A stretch of 64,000 bases of DNA from Deinococcales bacterium (GCA_043778225.1 JAYWGM010000032.1:42364-106363); one strand, 5' to 3'. Numbered from the stretch's first letter, positions 17,983-28,368 are shown. A program made the numbers and translations. Notes: generated by a model not told the origin, from the sequence alone.

Positions 17983-18010
17983 AAGGACACACTCTTTCGG
18001 TGCGTCCTTT
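17983..18010 (+). terminator. Terminator, probably of the original tRNA gene
   Basis: AAGGACACAC-TCTTTCG-GTGCGTCCTT-TT. Confidence 0.6.
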
Positions 18011-18025
18011 TAATTTCTCGAGCCG

Positions 18026-19261
18026 TTAAAAACTTAAACTCAGCCCAAAACGAATCTGAATTCCAAACACCCCACTTGGATTGAGGCTCGAGCCTAACGC
18101 ACCATAGTTCAAACCAGCATTGGCTTTGAAACTTAGACCATCCGCCAGTGTGTAACTTAAATTCGGTGCGAAAACCCCACTTCCATCGGTCAGGCTTTGA
18201 ACCCAAGCCGCACTGAGGCTGGTGCGATTATCGAGGGCATAACTAGCAATGAGCGCCGCGTTAATGCAAAATAAATCGGCTTGATTCATTTCTCCTTTTT
18301 GCCATCGTAAATTCAGAATTCCAGTCAAACCAATTTCAGCAACTCGAGCTTCGGCTTGGGCTGTAAAAGCAAAAGCATGATTGCCAATCTCAGGATTTGT
18401 ACCATTAGGGTCTTGGGTAAAGGTATACGACGTTTCGGCACGCACCGCAATTTCACCAAGGCTGATGTTCGTTTCTAAGCCAAGCACATGAATCCAATCG
18501 TAATTAAATACGGGCTGCACAATGAATTCGCCTGCTTGCGCCGTGGGCAATAACCGAATTGTGGGTGTGGGTGTGTGCCGAAACCCACCGTAAAAACTAA
18601 GGCTAAAATCTGCCCCATCAAACACATTAAGGTTACTCGAGAAACGCAGCCCATACTGCGTATTTTCAAGCCGAGCGGTAGGGCGATTATCCAGTACAGG
18701 ATTCTGTCCGACAATGGTTACTCCCGGCGGTGGGGTTGGGGCTGGCAAGGCAAATACGGGCAGCACACTTGGGGTAAATCCTGGCGCAAGCACACCCTCG
18801 AGACGGGTATCATCCGAAAAATTCCAGATGGCACGAATGGCAGGAATCGCAATTTGAGTTTGGGTGGTTAAATCTGACGGATTGAGATTACTGACCGAAC
18901 CCAGTACATCCACTGCGCCCCAGTTCATCAGTAAATTCCCAGCGCTCAAATCAAAAGCACCAACATAAGCCGTGATGAACGTTTCGCCTAAAGTTACTCG
19001 AGTTGTACTGGTTATGGCATCGAAGTTTGATCGCAAATTAGCATTAAAAGCAGCCGTAGGGGAATCTTCTGCGCCGAGTGAACCCGAGAATTTCAGGGTA
19101 AAAGCCGTGTTGCCCAGTACCGCACCACTCGAGACCAACCCGAATTGTGCCTCGAGAATACCGCCGATAGAGAACCGAAAATTACTTTGAGCATCCTCGG
19201 TTTGAGCCAAGCCACTCGAGCAGAACAGCAAAGCAACCAGCATTAACACTATTTTACGCAT
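18026..19261 (-). CDS. Exported outer-membrane beta-barrel-like protein (DUF1302-like partner of MMPL/LolA-like clusters)
   Basis: Signal peptide; GNLLMNWGAVD...NLNPSD; C-terminal Phe. Confidence 0.6.
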   Translation of the reverse strand: MRKIVLMLVALLFCSSGLAQTEDAQSNFRFSIGGILEAQFGLVSSGAVLGNTAFTLKFSGSLGAEDSPTAAFNANLRSNFDAITSTTRVTLGETFITAYVGAFDLSAGNLLMNWGAVDVLGSVSNLNPSDLTTQTQIAIPAIRAIWNFSDDTRLEGVLAPGFTPSVLPVFALPAPTPPPGVTIVGQNPVLDNRPTARLENTQYGLRFSSNLNVFDGADFSLSFYGGFRHTPTPTIRLLPTAQAGEFIVQPVFNYDWIHVLGLETNISLGEIAVRAETSYTFTQDPNGTNPEIGNHAFAFTAQAEARVAEIGLTGILNLRWQKGEMNQADLFCINAALIASYALDNRTSLSAAWVQSLTDGSGVFAPNLSYTLADGLSFKANAGLNYGALGSSLNPSGVFGIQIRFGLSLSF

Positions 19262-19271
19262 AACAAAATCC

Positions 19272-20021
19272 TTATGGTTGTTTCAAAAATCGTTCTGTGA
19301 AGACACTATCGGCTATTTGTACGTCCATTTCGATACTGGTTTGCTTGAAGGTACTTTTTGAACCTTGTGAAATGGTTTCCATCGAAAGCGATTTAATGAC
19401 GTTATAACCTTTGACTACAACCATCTCGAGGGCGCGAAGGGTCTTAAAAACCTTATCGCCCTTGTAGTAATCGGTTTTTAGGGTGTTTAGGGTTTTATTC
19501 TCGATTTCAAAAACAATTTTGTCGTAACTGTTGCCTTTTTTAGCTTTGGCTTCGATAATGTATTTGTCATTGTCACTCGAGAGTAAGTTGTAATTGAAGT
19601 CCTTGATGTCTGAGCGTCCAAGGTCGCAGTAACTAAAGTCCGAGCCAAAAAATGCCCCGTCGCAGTCGCTCGAGTCGCCGCCGCCTGTGGCTAGTCGGCG
19701 GGTTCGCCCTAGGGCGGGTAAGTACAGCAGTGTTTCGGTTACACCATTTTTCTTGATGCTAAGTATCCCACTGCCTTTAATATCGGCGGGCGCAAGGAAT
19801 TTTATCAAACTGCGGTCATTACTTGCCCATGATTTCATGGTGCGCGACAGGGTTTGACCATTTTTACTAATCTCGAGGTTCAGTGTACCAATGCTGGATT
19901 TTGGCGTTGGGCGGTCATAGGCGGCTTGCATCACCTCGAGTCCAGTCTTGTAGCTTTGGTTCTGGGCGAGGGCTAATGCGCCAATGGTGGCGATAATGGT
20001 GGTAATAACGATTTTTTTCAT
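19272..20021 (-). CDS. Outer-membrane lipoprotein-sorting (LolA-like) protein
   Basis: FLAPADIKGSGIL, LYLPALGRTRRL, FFGSDFSYCDL, FTERFL. Confidence 0.88.
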   Translation of the reverse strand: MKKIVITTIIATIGALALAQNQSYKTGLEVMQAAYDRPTPKSSIGTLNLEISKNGQTLSRTMKSWASNDRSLIKFLAPADIKGSGILSIKKNGVTETLLYLPALGRTRRLATGGGDSSDCDGAFFGSDFSYCDLGRSDIKDFNYNLLSSDNDKYIIEAKAKKGNSYDKIVFEIENKTLNTLKTDYYKGDKVFKTLRALEMVVVKGYNVIKSLSMETISQGSKSTFKQTSIEMDVQIADSVFTERFLKQP

Positions 20022-20032
20022 GAGTTTTTCCT

Positions 20033-21277
20033 TTACTTACTTGCCATGACAATGCCAAGGCACATTTCATCGGTGGTGGCTTCTGCCCACATCACATATT
20101 TGGGATTGGTGGCTTTTTCACCAATGATTGGTTGATTCTCAACTGAGTTATCAAATACACAAGTGGTGCGAATGACATCGTTGGGTTTAATTTCTACTGG
20201 TGTTCTAAACCAGTAATTGCCTTGCCAGTGATAATCCCATTTTGGAATGTGCAACAAGGTTTTGGCGCTGCTGGTATCGGGGTTCAGTTCGATTTTGATG
20301 CTCTTTGCCAGTAAGTGCATATGTCCACCTATCGAATAGAGGGTGGTGGCGGCTCGAGTTTGTTGGTCGCAAGTGCTAATCACATTGCTGGCATCTCCGA
20401 CTGGTTTTTGGTACTGTTCGGCAGTTTGTCCACACAGTTGCAGAATGCCATTGGGCAAGAAAGAACCCGCCAGTACGCCGGCTCGAGCCACATTTTCACG
20501 AATCGTATTTTCTCGAGTACAAGTAGGTGTTTTGATATTATCAGGACATTTTATTTCGACAGGGGCAACTTGTAATTGGGATTTAATGGCGGTCAGTTGT
20601 TTGCCTTCTGGGGCAATGCTTATTTTAACTTTGGATTGGTCAGAGCCAATGCCGTTATTGAGGTTGTAATGCACTTCCATGACAATCAAAGAATCTTTTG
20701 GCATGGGGTTGCCGATACCATCTGGAAAATGACCATCGCCTGCGCCAGGAACCCAAACGCTTAACCAATTACCGCCAGCCGTTCCGTTCTGAGGATTATC
20801 CACTTCGAGTCCAGGACCTCCAAAACAACTCCAGCCTTTGCCTTGGGTGGCTTTGTCCTTGGCGAGGACACTGGCGGCTTGGTTGGGTTCGATTTTATAC
20901 AAAATCGCATGATGCACAATTTTTCGGTTTCCGGGAATAATTTCTACGCCAGTCACCATTACATCGCGCTTGAACTTGGGATTAACCAAAAAGCACTGGT
21001 AAACATCTAATGACTTCGTACCATCTGGGGTGAATGGCACTTCGGAGACATCAAACTCGAGTGTTTCATCGCCGTTAGCGGCATACGCATTGGAAAGCGA
21101 AATTGGGAAATCCGATAATGCCTGAAATTGTCCTTGTCCACGGTGATTATTTCCAACCTGCGCCGCCCCGAGATTCAAACGAATCTGCGAGGTCTGAGCC
21201 AAAAATGCGATACCAGTCACACCGAGTGTCAGTGCGGTTAAACCTCGTGTCCAACGCCAAATTTGTTTAGGATTCAT
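20033..21277 (-). CDS. Exported copper type II ascorbate-dependent monooxygenase (PHM/DBH-like)
   Basis: DVYQCF, IVHHAIL, MEVHY (CuH ligands); GHMHLL, WDYHWQ, DEMC (CuM ligands); signal peptide. Confidence 0.85.
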   Translation of the reverse strand: MNPKQIWRWTRGLTALTLGVTGIAFLAQTSQIRLNLGAAQVGNNHRGQGQFQALSDFPISLSNAYAANGDETLEFDVSEVPFTPDGTKSLDVYQCFLVNPKFKRDVMVTGVEIIPGNRKIVHHAILYKIEPNQAASVLAKDKATQGKGWSCFGGPGLEVDNPQNGTAGGNWLSVWVPGAGDGHFPDGIGNPMPKDSLIVMEVHYNLNNGIGSDQSKVKISIAPEGKQLTAIKSQLQVAPVEIKCPDNIKTPTCTRENTIRENVARAGVLAGSFLPNGILQLCGQTAEQYQKPVGDASNVISTCDQQTRAATTLYSIGGHMHLLAKSIKIELNPDTSSAKTLLHIPKWDYHWQGNYWFRTPVEIKPNDVIRTTCVFDNSVENQPIIGEKATNPKYVMWAEATTDEMCLGIVMASK

Positions 21278-21285
21278 ACATGACC

Positions 21286-21660
21286 TCACTTTCTAGGAGC
21301 GCGTCCGAGTGGCGCTTTGGCTTTCGCCCAATCTTCAAGAATTTTTTTGGATGCAATTCCAAGCCGACGTTCGTTATAAAATGGTTGTGAATCACGACTA
21401 GGTGGGAATGGTGGCATATATTCTTCTCGAGTCACCTCGGCAATTTCGTTGGCGCGTAAAACTGCGTCCTTAGGGTTGTCCAAGGCAAACGGGGCGATAC
21501 CCCCAGCCACATGGCACGACACACAGTTTTTCTCGAGAATTGGTTGGACATCCACGTAATAGGTTGGAATGTACGCACTTTGAGCGCGTCCGAGCGTACC
21601 CAGTAAGGCAAGAATGGCGAGACTACTGACAGAAACGAGGTAAAGAACTGGTTTTTTCAT
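21286..21660 (-). CDS. Exported c-type cytochrome domain protein
   Basis: DVQPILEKNCVSCH...IAPFAL...MPP; signal peptide. Confidence 0.8.
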   Translation of the reverse strand: MKKPVLYLVSVSSLAILALLGTLGRAQSAYIPTYYVDVQPILEKNCVSCHVAGGIAPFALDNPKDAVLRANEIAEVTREEYMPPFPPSRDSQPFYNERRLGIASKKILEDWAKAKAPLGRAPRK

Positions 21661-21670
21661 AGTTTGCTCC

Positions 21671-23920
21671 TTAATTGGCGGCGCTTGAGGCTAGAATCGG
21701 TTTTTTAATCGGGTCGCGTAAAAACTGTAAACACATCGCGGGCAGTAAGGTCAGGCTCGAGATTCCAACAGCCAGCACCGTAAAAACCATCATTTGCCCT
21801 AGGCTCGAGACGGGTTGTAATTGACTAAAAGACAATGCCGCAAAACCAGCCCCTAGCGTTAGGGCAGTAAACAAGATGCTGCGTCCACTGGTGATAATCG
21901 TGGCTTCAAGGGCTTCTTCTGGAGTTTTTCCGAGGCGGCGTTCCTCGAGAAAACGCACCGTTAAATGAATCGCGTAATCGCCCACGCCAATGGCGAGTGC
22001 GCCGAGCAGCATGGTGGAGATGTTCAGGTCAATGCCTAGCCAGCCGAGTAAACCGTATTGTAAAACCACGGTCATGATTAGACTCGAGATGGTCACAATC
22101 GCGGCTTTGAAGCTGCGTACAAAACTGTCAATAATAATCACCAGCACAATGGCTAAGGATAAGCTGATGATAAAATCTCGAATCATTGCGTCCTCGAGTG
22201 CTAAACCACTCAGTCCTTGTCCGCCAACTTTGACTGTGGCGACATCCTTAAAAACATCTTCGGACAGGGTTTTTATTTGATTGTAATAACTTCGGGTGGT
22301 AAAGGTATCGCCGAGTGGAACGCCAACTTGAATAACCGTTTGTTGTTGATTTAACGATAACTGCTGCGTGATGGCGTTGGTGTTGGCGCTGGACTGGTAA
22401 ATCAGCAGTTCCTGCGAAACCTTTTCGCGGCTAACTGGGATTTCTCGTTTGCCTGTGAACAAATTGTTTAAGGTAATAATTGTGTCGGCAAGACTGATGG
22501 TGTTCGTGACCCCCGGAATTTCGCTTTTGGCTCGAGTCGTAAAGGTTTCTATGGCATTGAGGATTTTAGGCTCGAGAATATCGCCTTCGATTAGCACGCT
22601 GATGCTGCTTGTGCCACCAAAGAGTTTGTCCACTTTGGCAATGTTTTTAATGGTTTGCGAATTTTTTGGAAAGAAACTGACATAAGACGTGTTTGGTTTA
22701 ATCCTTAGTGCGCCAATTAGTCCAAAGATAATCAGTCCACCGGCTGCCATCATCACAATCACACGGTGCGCGTTGACAAACCTTGCCAATGCGGTCAGCA
22801 AACCTGTGATTGCACCGGGTTGTTCTGGACTGACCCGCACTTTTGGTTGTGGCAAAATATTGACCAGTGCTGGCAGCAGGGTCATTGCCCCTGCTAACGC
22901 TCCGATGATGCCAAAAATAATCAGTGTGCCAAGTTCGCGCAACGTACCAATGTCGGATAACCATAAGGTCATCATCGAAGCAATAATCGCAATCGCACTA
23001 ATCACCACACCTTGGGCGGTTTCGGAAAAGGTTGCCCGCAGTGCGTCGGCTTTATTTTTGCCATGTGCCAGTTCGGAATAAAAACGCCCGAGTAAATGCA
23101 GCGAAAAACTGCTGCCAACTGCCAGCACCGCAATAATTCCAATCGCGGTCAGAGGTCCAAACGTACCAGCGCTCCAACCGTACAAACCCATGCTCCAGAC
23201 CAGACCCAGCACCACTTGAATCAGTGGCAAAATAACGCCGTGAATCGAACCAAAATTCAGGAATAAAAATAGTAAAATCAGTCCAAGGGCAATTAACCCA
23301 ACCACTTGAATATCGTTGACCAAGGTACGATTGACTTCGGCAATAATGTACGGTGCGCCCGCGATGGCTGTTTCGCCAGCCCACCCAGCATTGATGGTTT
23401 TGCCGACCTCAGTTCCAAATTTTTGTTGGTTTACGCCATCTTTCATTTCGACAATAATGATCGTGTTCTGACCGTCTTTGGTGACCAAACGGGTTTGTTC
23501 TTGGTCTATGTAGGCTCGAGCCGCCGCCAGTTCTTGGGCTGTTGGAGTATCGCCTTTGAATAATTTGCTGGTTTTGATAAAGCCGCTCTCTTCCTCGAGC
23601 TTAGAGAAATTAGCCAATGAGGTCACTTTGGCAACACCATAAACCGATTCTAATTGGGTGGTTAATTTTCGTAGCTCAATAATCCGTGGTGCAGTGTAAA
23701 TATCGCCACCCAGCACCGCAATGACGTTTTCGACTGAACCAAAGGTTTTTTTAATCTCTTCAGAAATGGTCAGGAGCGGATGATGGTCTGGTTGGATGAC
23801 ACTGGCTGTGGTGCTGATTTTGGCTCGAGTTGTGCCGCTCATTACCAGTACCGTGACGACTAAAAAGCCGATAATCACCAGCCAGCTTCGTTTGAGAATA
23901 AATTCGATCAATTGTTTCAT
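21671..23920 (-). CDS. MMPL/RND family transporter
   Basis: Two repeats of periplasmic domain plus TM block; AIGVGDYAIHL. Confidence 0.9.
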   Translation of the reverse strand: MKQLIEFILKRSWLVIIGFLVVTVLVMSGTTRAKISTTASVIQPDHHPLLTISEEIKKTFGSVENVIAVLGGDIYTAPRIIELRKLTTQLESVYGVAKVTSLANFSKLEEESGFIKTSKLFKGDTPTAQELAAARAYIDQEQTRLVTKDGQNTIIIVEMKDGVNQQKFGTEVGKTINAGWAGETAIAGAPYIIAEVNRTLVNDIQVVGLIALGLILLFLFLNFGSIHGVILPLIQVVLGLVWSMGLYGWSAGTFGPLTAIGIIAVLAVGSSFSLHLLGRFYSELAHGKNKADALRATFSETAQGVVISAIAIIASMMTLWLSDIGTLRELGTLIIFGIIGALAGAMTLLPALVNILPQPKVRVSPEQPGAITGLLTALARFVNAHRVIVMMAAGGLIIFGLIGALRIKPNTSYVSFFPKNSQTIKNIAKVDKLFGGTSSISVLIEGDILEPKILNAIETFTTRAKSEIPGVTNTISLADTIITLNNLFTGKREIPVSREKVSQELLIYQSSANTNAITQQLSLNQQQTVIQVGVPLGDTFTTRSYYNQIKTLSEDVFKDVATVKVGGQGLSGLALEDAMIRDFIISLSLAIVLVIIIDSFVRSFKAAIVTISSLIMTVVLQYGLLGWLGIDLNISTMLLGALAIGVGDYAIHLTVRFLEERRLGKTPEEALEATIITSGRSILFTALTLGAGFAALSFSQLQPVSSLGQMMVFTVLAVGISSLTLLPAMCLQFLRDPIKKPILASSAAN

Positions 23921-23984
23921 CTTGCCTCCTAGGGGTGTGAAAAACGGTGAGCAACCTGTATGGCGCTCGAGAATGTTTTATAAA

Positions 23985-23998
23985 TAATCAGTTAGTTA
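23985..23998. promoter_or_regulatory. Second putative TetR operator, upstream of mmpL
   Basis: TAATCAGTTAGTTA followed by TTATTTTT resembles the tetR operator TAACTGAACAGTTA-TTATTTTT. Confidence 0.45.
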
Positions 23999-24020
23999 TT
24001 ATTTTTGGTAAAAAAAATGC

Positions 24021-24611
24021 TTATGCCTCCTTTGCCTTTGGGTCTAACCCACGCCAAAAAACGACCATAAAATCCTCGAGAAAACTGGCTGTACCAAACT
24101 GCCCCGAGACCGACTGGACGGCTTTACTCATCGCAAAACCAGCCGCCGTGTGCATTAAGGTTAAAGCGGGAACAGTTGGATCACCACGAATAATTCTTCC
24201 CAATGCCATTTCGTGTGCCAAATAAGCGGTTAAAGCTGCAAAGTCATTTTCGGCAGGTGGCGGCAACGGAAATCCAGATGGTTGCTGCACCGACATCAGC
24301 AACATCATGCCTGGCAGAATTTCAGCAATGTAGGCATCTATACGCCGAGCAATCAGCAGCAAATCGGCTTGCGGGTCGCCATGACCAATGGCAGCCGCTA
24401 GTTCTGGAGTCCAAACAGGTTGACGCGGTGGTAACGACATGGCTGCAAAAAACAAATCTTCTTTGGTCGCATAGTGCTTAAAAATACTGGCACTCGAGAT
24501 TTTGGCTCGTTTTGCGACATCCACCGCCGTTGCATTCACGCCTTGCTCGAGAAAAACCTCACGGGCAGCCTCGAGTATCTGAGCTTTGGTGATGGTAGCG
24601 GTACGTCCCAT
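24021..24611 (-). CDS. TetR/AcrR family regulator
   Basis: ILEAAREVFLEQGVNATAVDVAKRAKISSASIFKHYATKEDLF. Confidence 0.95.
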   Translation of the reverse strand: MGRTATITKAQILEAAREVFLEQGVNATAVDVAKRAKISSASIFKHYATKEDLFFAAMSLPPRQPVWTPELAAAIGHGDPQADLLLIARRIDAYIAEILPGMMLLMSVQQPSGFPLPPPAENDFAALTAYLAHEMALGRIIRGDPTVPALTLMHTAAGFAMSKAVQSVSGQFGTASFLEDFMVVFWRGLDPKAKEA

Positions 24612-24646
24612 AAAAAAATAATAACTGTTCAGTTACTAACTGTCAA
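24612..24646 (-). promoter_or_regulatory. Leaderless sigma-70 promoter with an overlapping palindromic operator
   Basis: TTGACA-17-TATTAT-6-ATG; palindrome TAACTG-TT-CAGTTA at 24622-24635. Confidence 0.75.
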
Positions 24647-24703
24647 GTGACTGTGCCATTTCAACCATTGTCAAGTGACTGTGCCATTTCAACCATTGTC
24701 AAG
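24641..24703. repeat. Perfect 28-bp tandem duplication
   Basis: TGTCAAGTGACTGTGCCATTTCAACCAT twice (24641-24668, 24669-24696), then TGTCAAG. Confidence 0.95.
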
Positions 24704-25804
24704 CAGTCGTGCAACCTCACCAAATGGAAATAAACCAGACTCGAGACCACCGGGTGTGACCACCCACAGCACAGGTAGGCTTGGTTGGATTGGTGGGAAA
24801 TCCCCAAAGCCATCGGTTAAATAGACCGCCACGCTGTTCTCAAGCGCTAAAGTTTCAAGGTGGGTAAAAAACGGAATAAAGTCTGTACCGCCGCCACCAA
24901 TCGGGTCTAGCCATTCAGATTCGAGGTCAAAACCACCATAAAGCGCTGCATCGGCATAAAACACTCGAATTTTGGCTTGTGGGTATGCCCTCGAAATCCC
25001 GCGAAGTTCGTTCATAAAAACCTGCATTTGTGCGTCTTCGACACTGCCAGAAGTATCAATACAAGCAAAAACTTGTACCGATTCAGAATCTAACGCCTCG
25101 AGGTACTGACGCTGATACAAAAACCGTCGGTCAAAATGTGTAAAATCTGTAGGAGTACGGGTCAAAAAACGCCACAGCAGGGTTTTCCAATCGAGTTGGG
25201 CATTTTCTAACGCACCAATGGCACGGAGCAGTCCCGCCGGCAAATCGCCTTTTTTCTGTCCTCGAGCCACACTGGCAGCTTGCTCGAGGGCTTCTTTCCA
25301 GTGGCGCTCGAGTTCTTTGGCTTGGTTTTGACCCAATGCACCCGAGGCTGGTTTACGACTATCTGAAGCAGACTCGAGCAAATCTGGGTTCTCGAGTTCT
25401 CGAGGGGCTTGTTTTAATAAAATTGCATAGACTTCTTCGACACTGTATTTTTGTAGTTCTGGGTCGTGAATTGTGCCTTGGGGCAGCACAAAACCGCTCT
25501 GGTCAAGGATTCCATTGACCACAATATCGGCAGCGATATTAAAACCTTTGGGGTCGCGCCAGCCGCGCCGCGTGACGTGCAGCAGTGCCGCGTGTAGAAG
25601 TTCGTGCAGCAGGACACCATCCACTTGCTCGAGCGGTAAGGACTCGAGAAAATCAGGATTGTAAATCACTTCGCGCCCATCAGTAGCGGCGGTCGGATGA
25701 CTTGGGTCTGCCCGAAATTTGGCAAACAGTGCCAAGGTTGCTAGAAATGGGCTTTTGCCTCGCAAGCGCAGTAAGCTGCCACGGACTCGTTGCTCGGCAG
25801 TCAT
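24689..25804 (-). CDS. DUF2201 family: HExxH metallopeptidase-like domain plus VWA domain
   Basis: TAATDG, LLHELLH, NIAADIVVN, IDTSGS, GGGGTDF, YLTDG. Confidence 0.9.
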   Translation of the reverse strand: MTAEQRVRGSLLRLRGKSPFLATLALFAKFRADPSHPTAATDGREVIYNPDFLESLPLEQVDGVLLHELLHAALLHVTRRGWRDPKGFNIAADIVVNGILDQSGFVLPQGTIHDPELQKYSVEEVYAILLKQAPRELENPDLLESASDSRKPASGALGQNQAKELERHWKEALEQAASVARGQKKGDLPAGLLRAIGALENAQLDWKTLLWRFLTRTPTDFTHFDRRFLYQRQYLEALDSESVQVFACIDTSGSVEDAQMQVFMNELRGISRAYPQAKIRVFYADAALYGGFDLESEWLDPIGGGGTDFIPFFTHLETLALENSVAVYLTDGFGDFPPIQPSLPVLWVVTPGGLESGLFPFGEVARLLDNG

Positions 25805-28368
25805 GATTGCACCTCAAGTCTTTGTTGGGCTGCCGCTCGTACCAAACGATTAGCATCGGTGGCTAATTGCTCGAGAATGGCGACTGGTGTATTTGGATTA
25901 TTTGCCACTGCCAAGCGTTCGCGCCACTCTGGGCTTTGGGCGTTGCGGCGTTTACAAATTTCCGAGACTCGAGTTGTTAAACCAAGCGCCACAAGGCGAT
26001 TGAGGCTACTCGAGCGCAGGCTTTCGTCCAAGATATAGCGCTGGGCGGTGGCACGCAAATTTGGCTCGAGGGCTGGGCTAGAGAGGGCGGCGCGGCGCAC
26101 CAGAATATCATCGTCGCGCATCAGATGAGACAGCAGTTTTGGGGTGGTGTTGGGGTGCTTGGCAATTTGGGCGCGAACATCGCGGTCTGGGTCGGTCAGC
26201 AGGGTCTCGAGTTGGGCGGGCGTACAATGTTGGTTGCCAGCCGCTGCCAGCCGAACTTGCCACATTTCGTGACGTAAACACAATTCAAGGTTTGGCAACA
26301 AGGCGGTTGGGGGGAGATGTTGCAAGACCAATGGAATCTCGAGTAAAGGCTCGAGTTCTTGGGGCGTGAAGGGCAGACCAGCCTCGAGTTTTTGGCGCAG
26401 TGCCAAGTATTCTTGGGGGATGCACTCGAGGACTGAATCGTCTTCGTCCCAACAAAGGATTTCAAAAGCCACGCCGCGTTGTGCCACCGCACAGCGCACC
26501 AGCGCATCCGCATCGGTCGCAAGGCGCTTGAGGGTAGCCGTATTGGCTCGAGTGGCAACGGCGACACGAACATCACGGTCGGCATCTTCGGCTAATTGCT
26601 CAAGCAGGGCGGGTGGCAAGCTCGGGTTCAAGACCAAAGCCAGCCGAATCTTAAAATCATCGTGGGTCAAGAACCAAGTCATGATTTCGTGGCTTAAATT
26701 GCCGTGGCTGGCAACCAAGCGCTTGGCAAGGTCGTTGCCGCGCCGTGCGACAAACTCGAGCCAACTGACACTCAGGTTTGGGTCGTGGGTCTGAAGTTGG
26801 TGTAAGACTTGCGGCAGCCGCAACTCGACCCCAAGGGCATAGAGTGCCACCAGTGGATTAGCATTGACGTTGCCAACGGCTGATTCACGCACATCAGCAT
26901 CGGGGTCTTGGGACAGTTGCTCGAGGGTTATGGTCGGGCAGCGCGGATGGGCAGCAATGTTGCGCCGCACTTGCCAATTGGAATTCTTGGCTAAATCCTC
27001 GAGTAAGCGCTTAGATAATCCCAAATGGGCAGATAGGCTTTCGGTCACTCGAGTATCGATATGGGTTGCCAATTGACTTAAAATGAAGTCTGGCAAATGT
27101 GGGCGCTCGAGCAGTGACAACAGCACCTCAACATCTGGGTCATCGAGTAAATCCTCGAGCATTCGTTGTGGTGTTTTTGGGTTTCTTGCGACCGCAATTC
27201 GTACTTCGGATTCTTCGTTTTTGGCAAAAGTCTCGAGGAGTTTTGGGCTGATGTTGGGGTGTGCTGCCACCAAAGCTGCCATCCAGCGCGGTAACTGCTC
27301 GAGGTCGGTCAGGTGTGGGTCTTTATTTTCAAGCTGCTCGAGTAGGCGTACCGTTTTGGGAGGTGCATTTTTGTTGCTCCGAGCCGCTAAGCGCACCGCT
27401 TCGTGCGAATCTGCCAGTAAGTTCTCTAAAATGGTGCTGCTGCTGCTTGGGTTGGCAGCTATCGCTTGGCGGACATCGCGGTCGTGGTCGGCTGCCAAAC
27501 GCACCAACACAAGGCTGGGCGTTTTTGGGTTTTTTGCCACATCTTGGCGCACCCGCCAGTCATCGTCTTGGGCAAGCTGGGTCAAAACTTTTTTGGTTAT
27601 ATTGCTGTGTTGTACTGCCAAACGTCGAGCGCGGACTGAGCCGCTTGCTAACCTATTAAAATCCCGAGCGCTTTTTAATCGAAGTTGCTCGGCACGTATA
27701 ACAAAATCCGAGACCTGATTGGCTTGAGCCATTTTTGCCACGGTTTCATCTTCGTCAAATGCCAGCATCTCGAGAACGGTGTCAGATAAATCTGGACGCA
27801 TGGCGACAAATGTTCGCAATTCTGTATCGTAATCGGCGGCTAAAACCGCCAAAACCTCTGGCTCGAGTGCCAAGCCAGCCGCCAGAACATCCTTAAATAA
27901 TTCGCTGTTGCGCTCCAGTTCATGCAGTGACATCGGTTTGGCTTGGTGTGAATTTGCCACATGACCCAAAATGGCATCCGCGACTCGAGCCTCTGCATTG
28001 CCAAGCCAATTTTTGAGCAGACTGGCTGGCAGATTTGGATTGCGTAAAGCGGCTAACTGCGCTTCTATACCCAAACGCTCGGCTGCCTCGAGCCACCCAC
28101 TCGGACAGCTTTTTGCGCCCAACAAGGCAAAACTGGCATACGTTGGCAACTGTTCAAACCAAGCTGGATTTTCAAAACGCAACCAATCCAGCACTGGATT
28201 CTCGAGAACTGCCTCGGGGTAGAGGGCTGCTAACCTCGAGAGTACAGCTTCGGGGGTATTTGGATTTTTAGCAACTGCCAGCCGCACCACCAAGGCTCGA
28301 GCCAGCGCCAACTGCTCGAGGATTTTTTGGCTGGTCTGCGGATTTTGGGCTTGCTCGAGGTCAGTCAT
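25801..28368 (-). CDS. Leucine-rich-repeat-variant (LRV)/HEAT-like repeat protein
   Basis: Many A.NP.TP..L..LA.D.D..VR units of about 24 aa. Confidence 0.85.
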   Translation of the reverse strand: MTDLEQAQNPQTSQKILEQLALARALVVRLAVAKNPNTPEAVLSRLAALYPEAVLENPVLDWLRFENPAWFEQLPTYASFALLGAKSCPSGWLEAAERLGIEAQLAALRNPNLPASLLKNWLGNAEARVADAILGHVANSHQAKPMSLHELERNSELFKDVLAAGLALEPEVLAVLAADYDTELRTFVAMRPDLSDTVLEMLAFDEDETVAKMAQANQVSDFVIRAEQLRLKSARDFNRLASGSVRARRLAVQHSNITKKVLTQLAQDDDWRVRQDVAKNPKTPSLVLVRLAADHDRDVRQAIAANPSSSSTILENLLADSHEAVRLAARSNKNAPPKTVRLLEQLENKDPHLTDLEQLPRWMAALVAAHPNISPKLLETFAKNEESEVRIAVARNPKTPQRMLEDLLDDPDVEVLLSLLERPHLPDFILSQLATHIDTRVTESLSAHLGLSKRLLEDLAKNSNWQVRRNIAAHPRCPTITLEQLSQDPDADVRESAVGNVNANPLVALYALGVELRLPQVLHQLQTHDPNLSVSWLEFVARRGNDLAKRLVASHGNLSHEIMTWFLTHDDFKIRLALVLNPSLPPALLEQLAEDADRDVRVAVATRANTATLKRLATDADALVRCAVAQRGVAFEILCWDEDDSVLECIPQEYLALRQKLEAGLPFTPQELEPLLEIPLVLQHLPPTALLPNLELCLRHEMWQVRLAAAGNQHCTPAQLETLLTDPDRDVRAQIAKHPNTTPKLLSHLMRDDDILVRRAALSSPALEPNLRATAQRYILDESLRSSSLNRLVALGLTTRVSEICKRRNAQSPEWRERLAVANNPNTPVAILEQLATDANRLVRAAAQQRLEVQS

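Noticed and set aside
24641..24703. Mini-CRISPR
   Set aside because: The repeats are directly adjacent, with no spacer.
27083..27718. Long antisense ORFs (also 45790-46479, 56365-56982 and others)
   Set aside because: Shadow frames of well-supported genes on the opposite strand, with no motifs or start signals.
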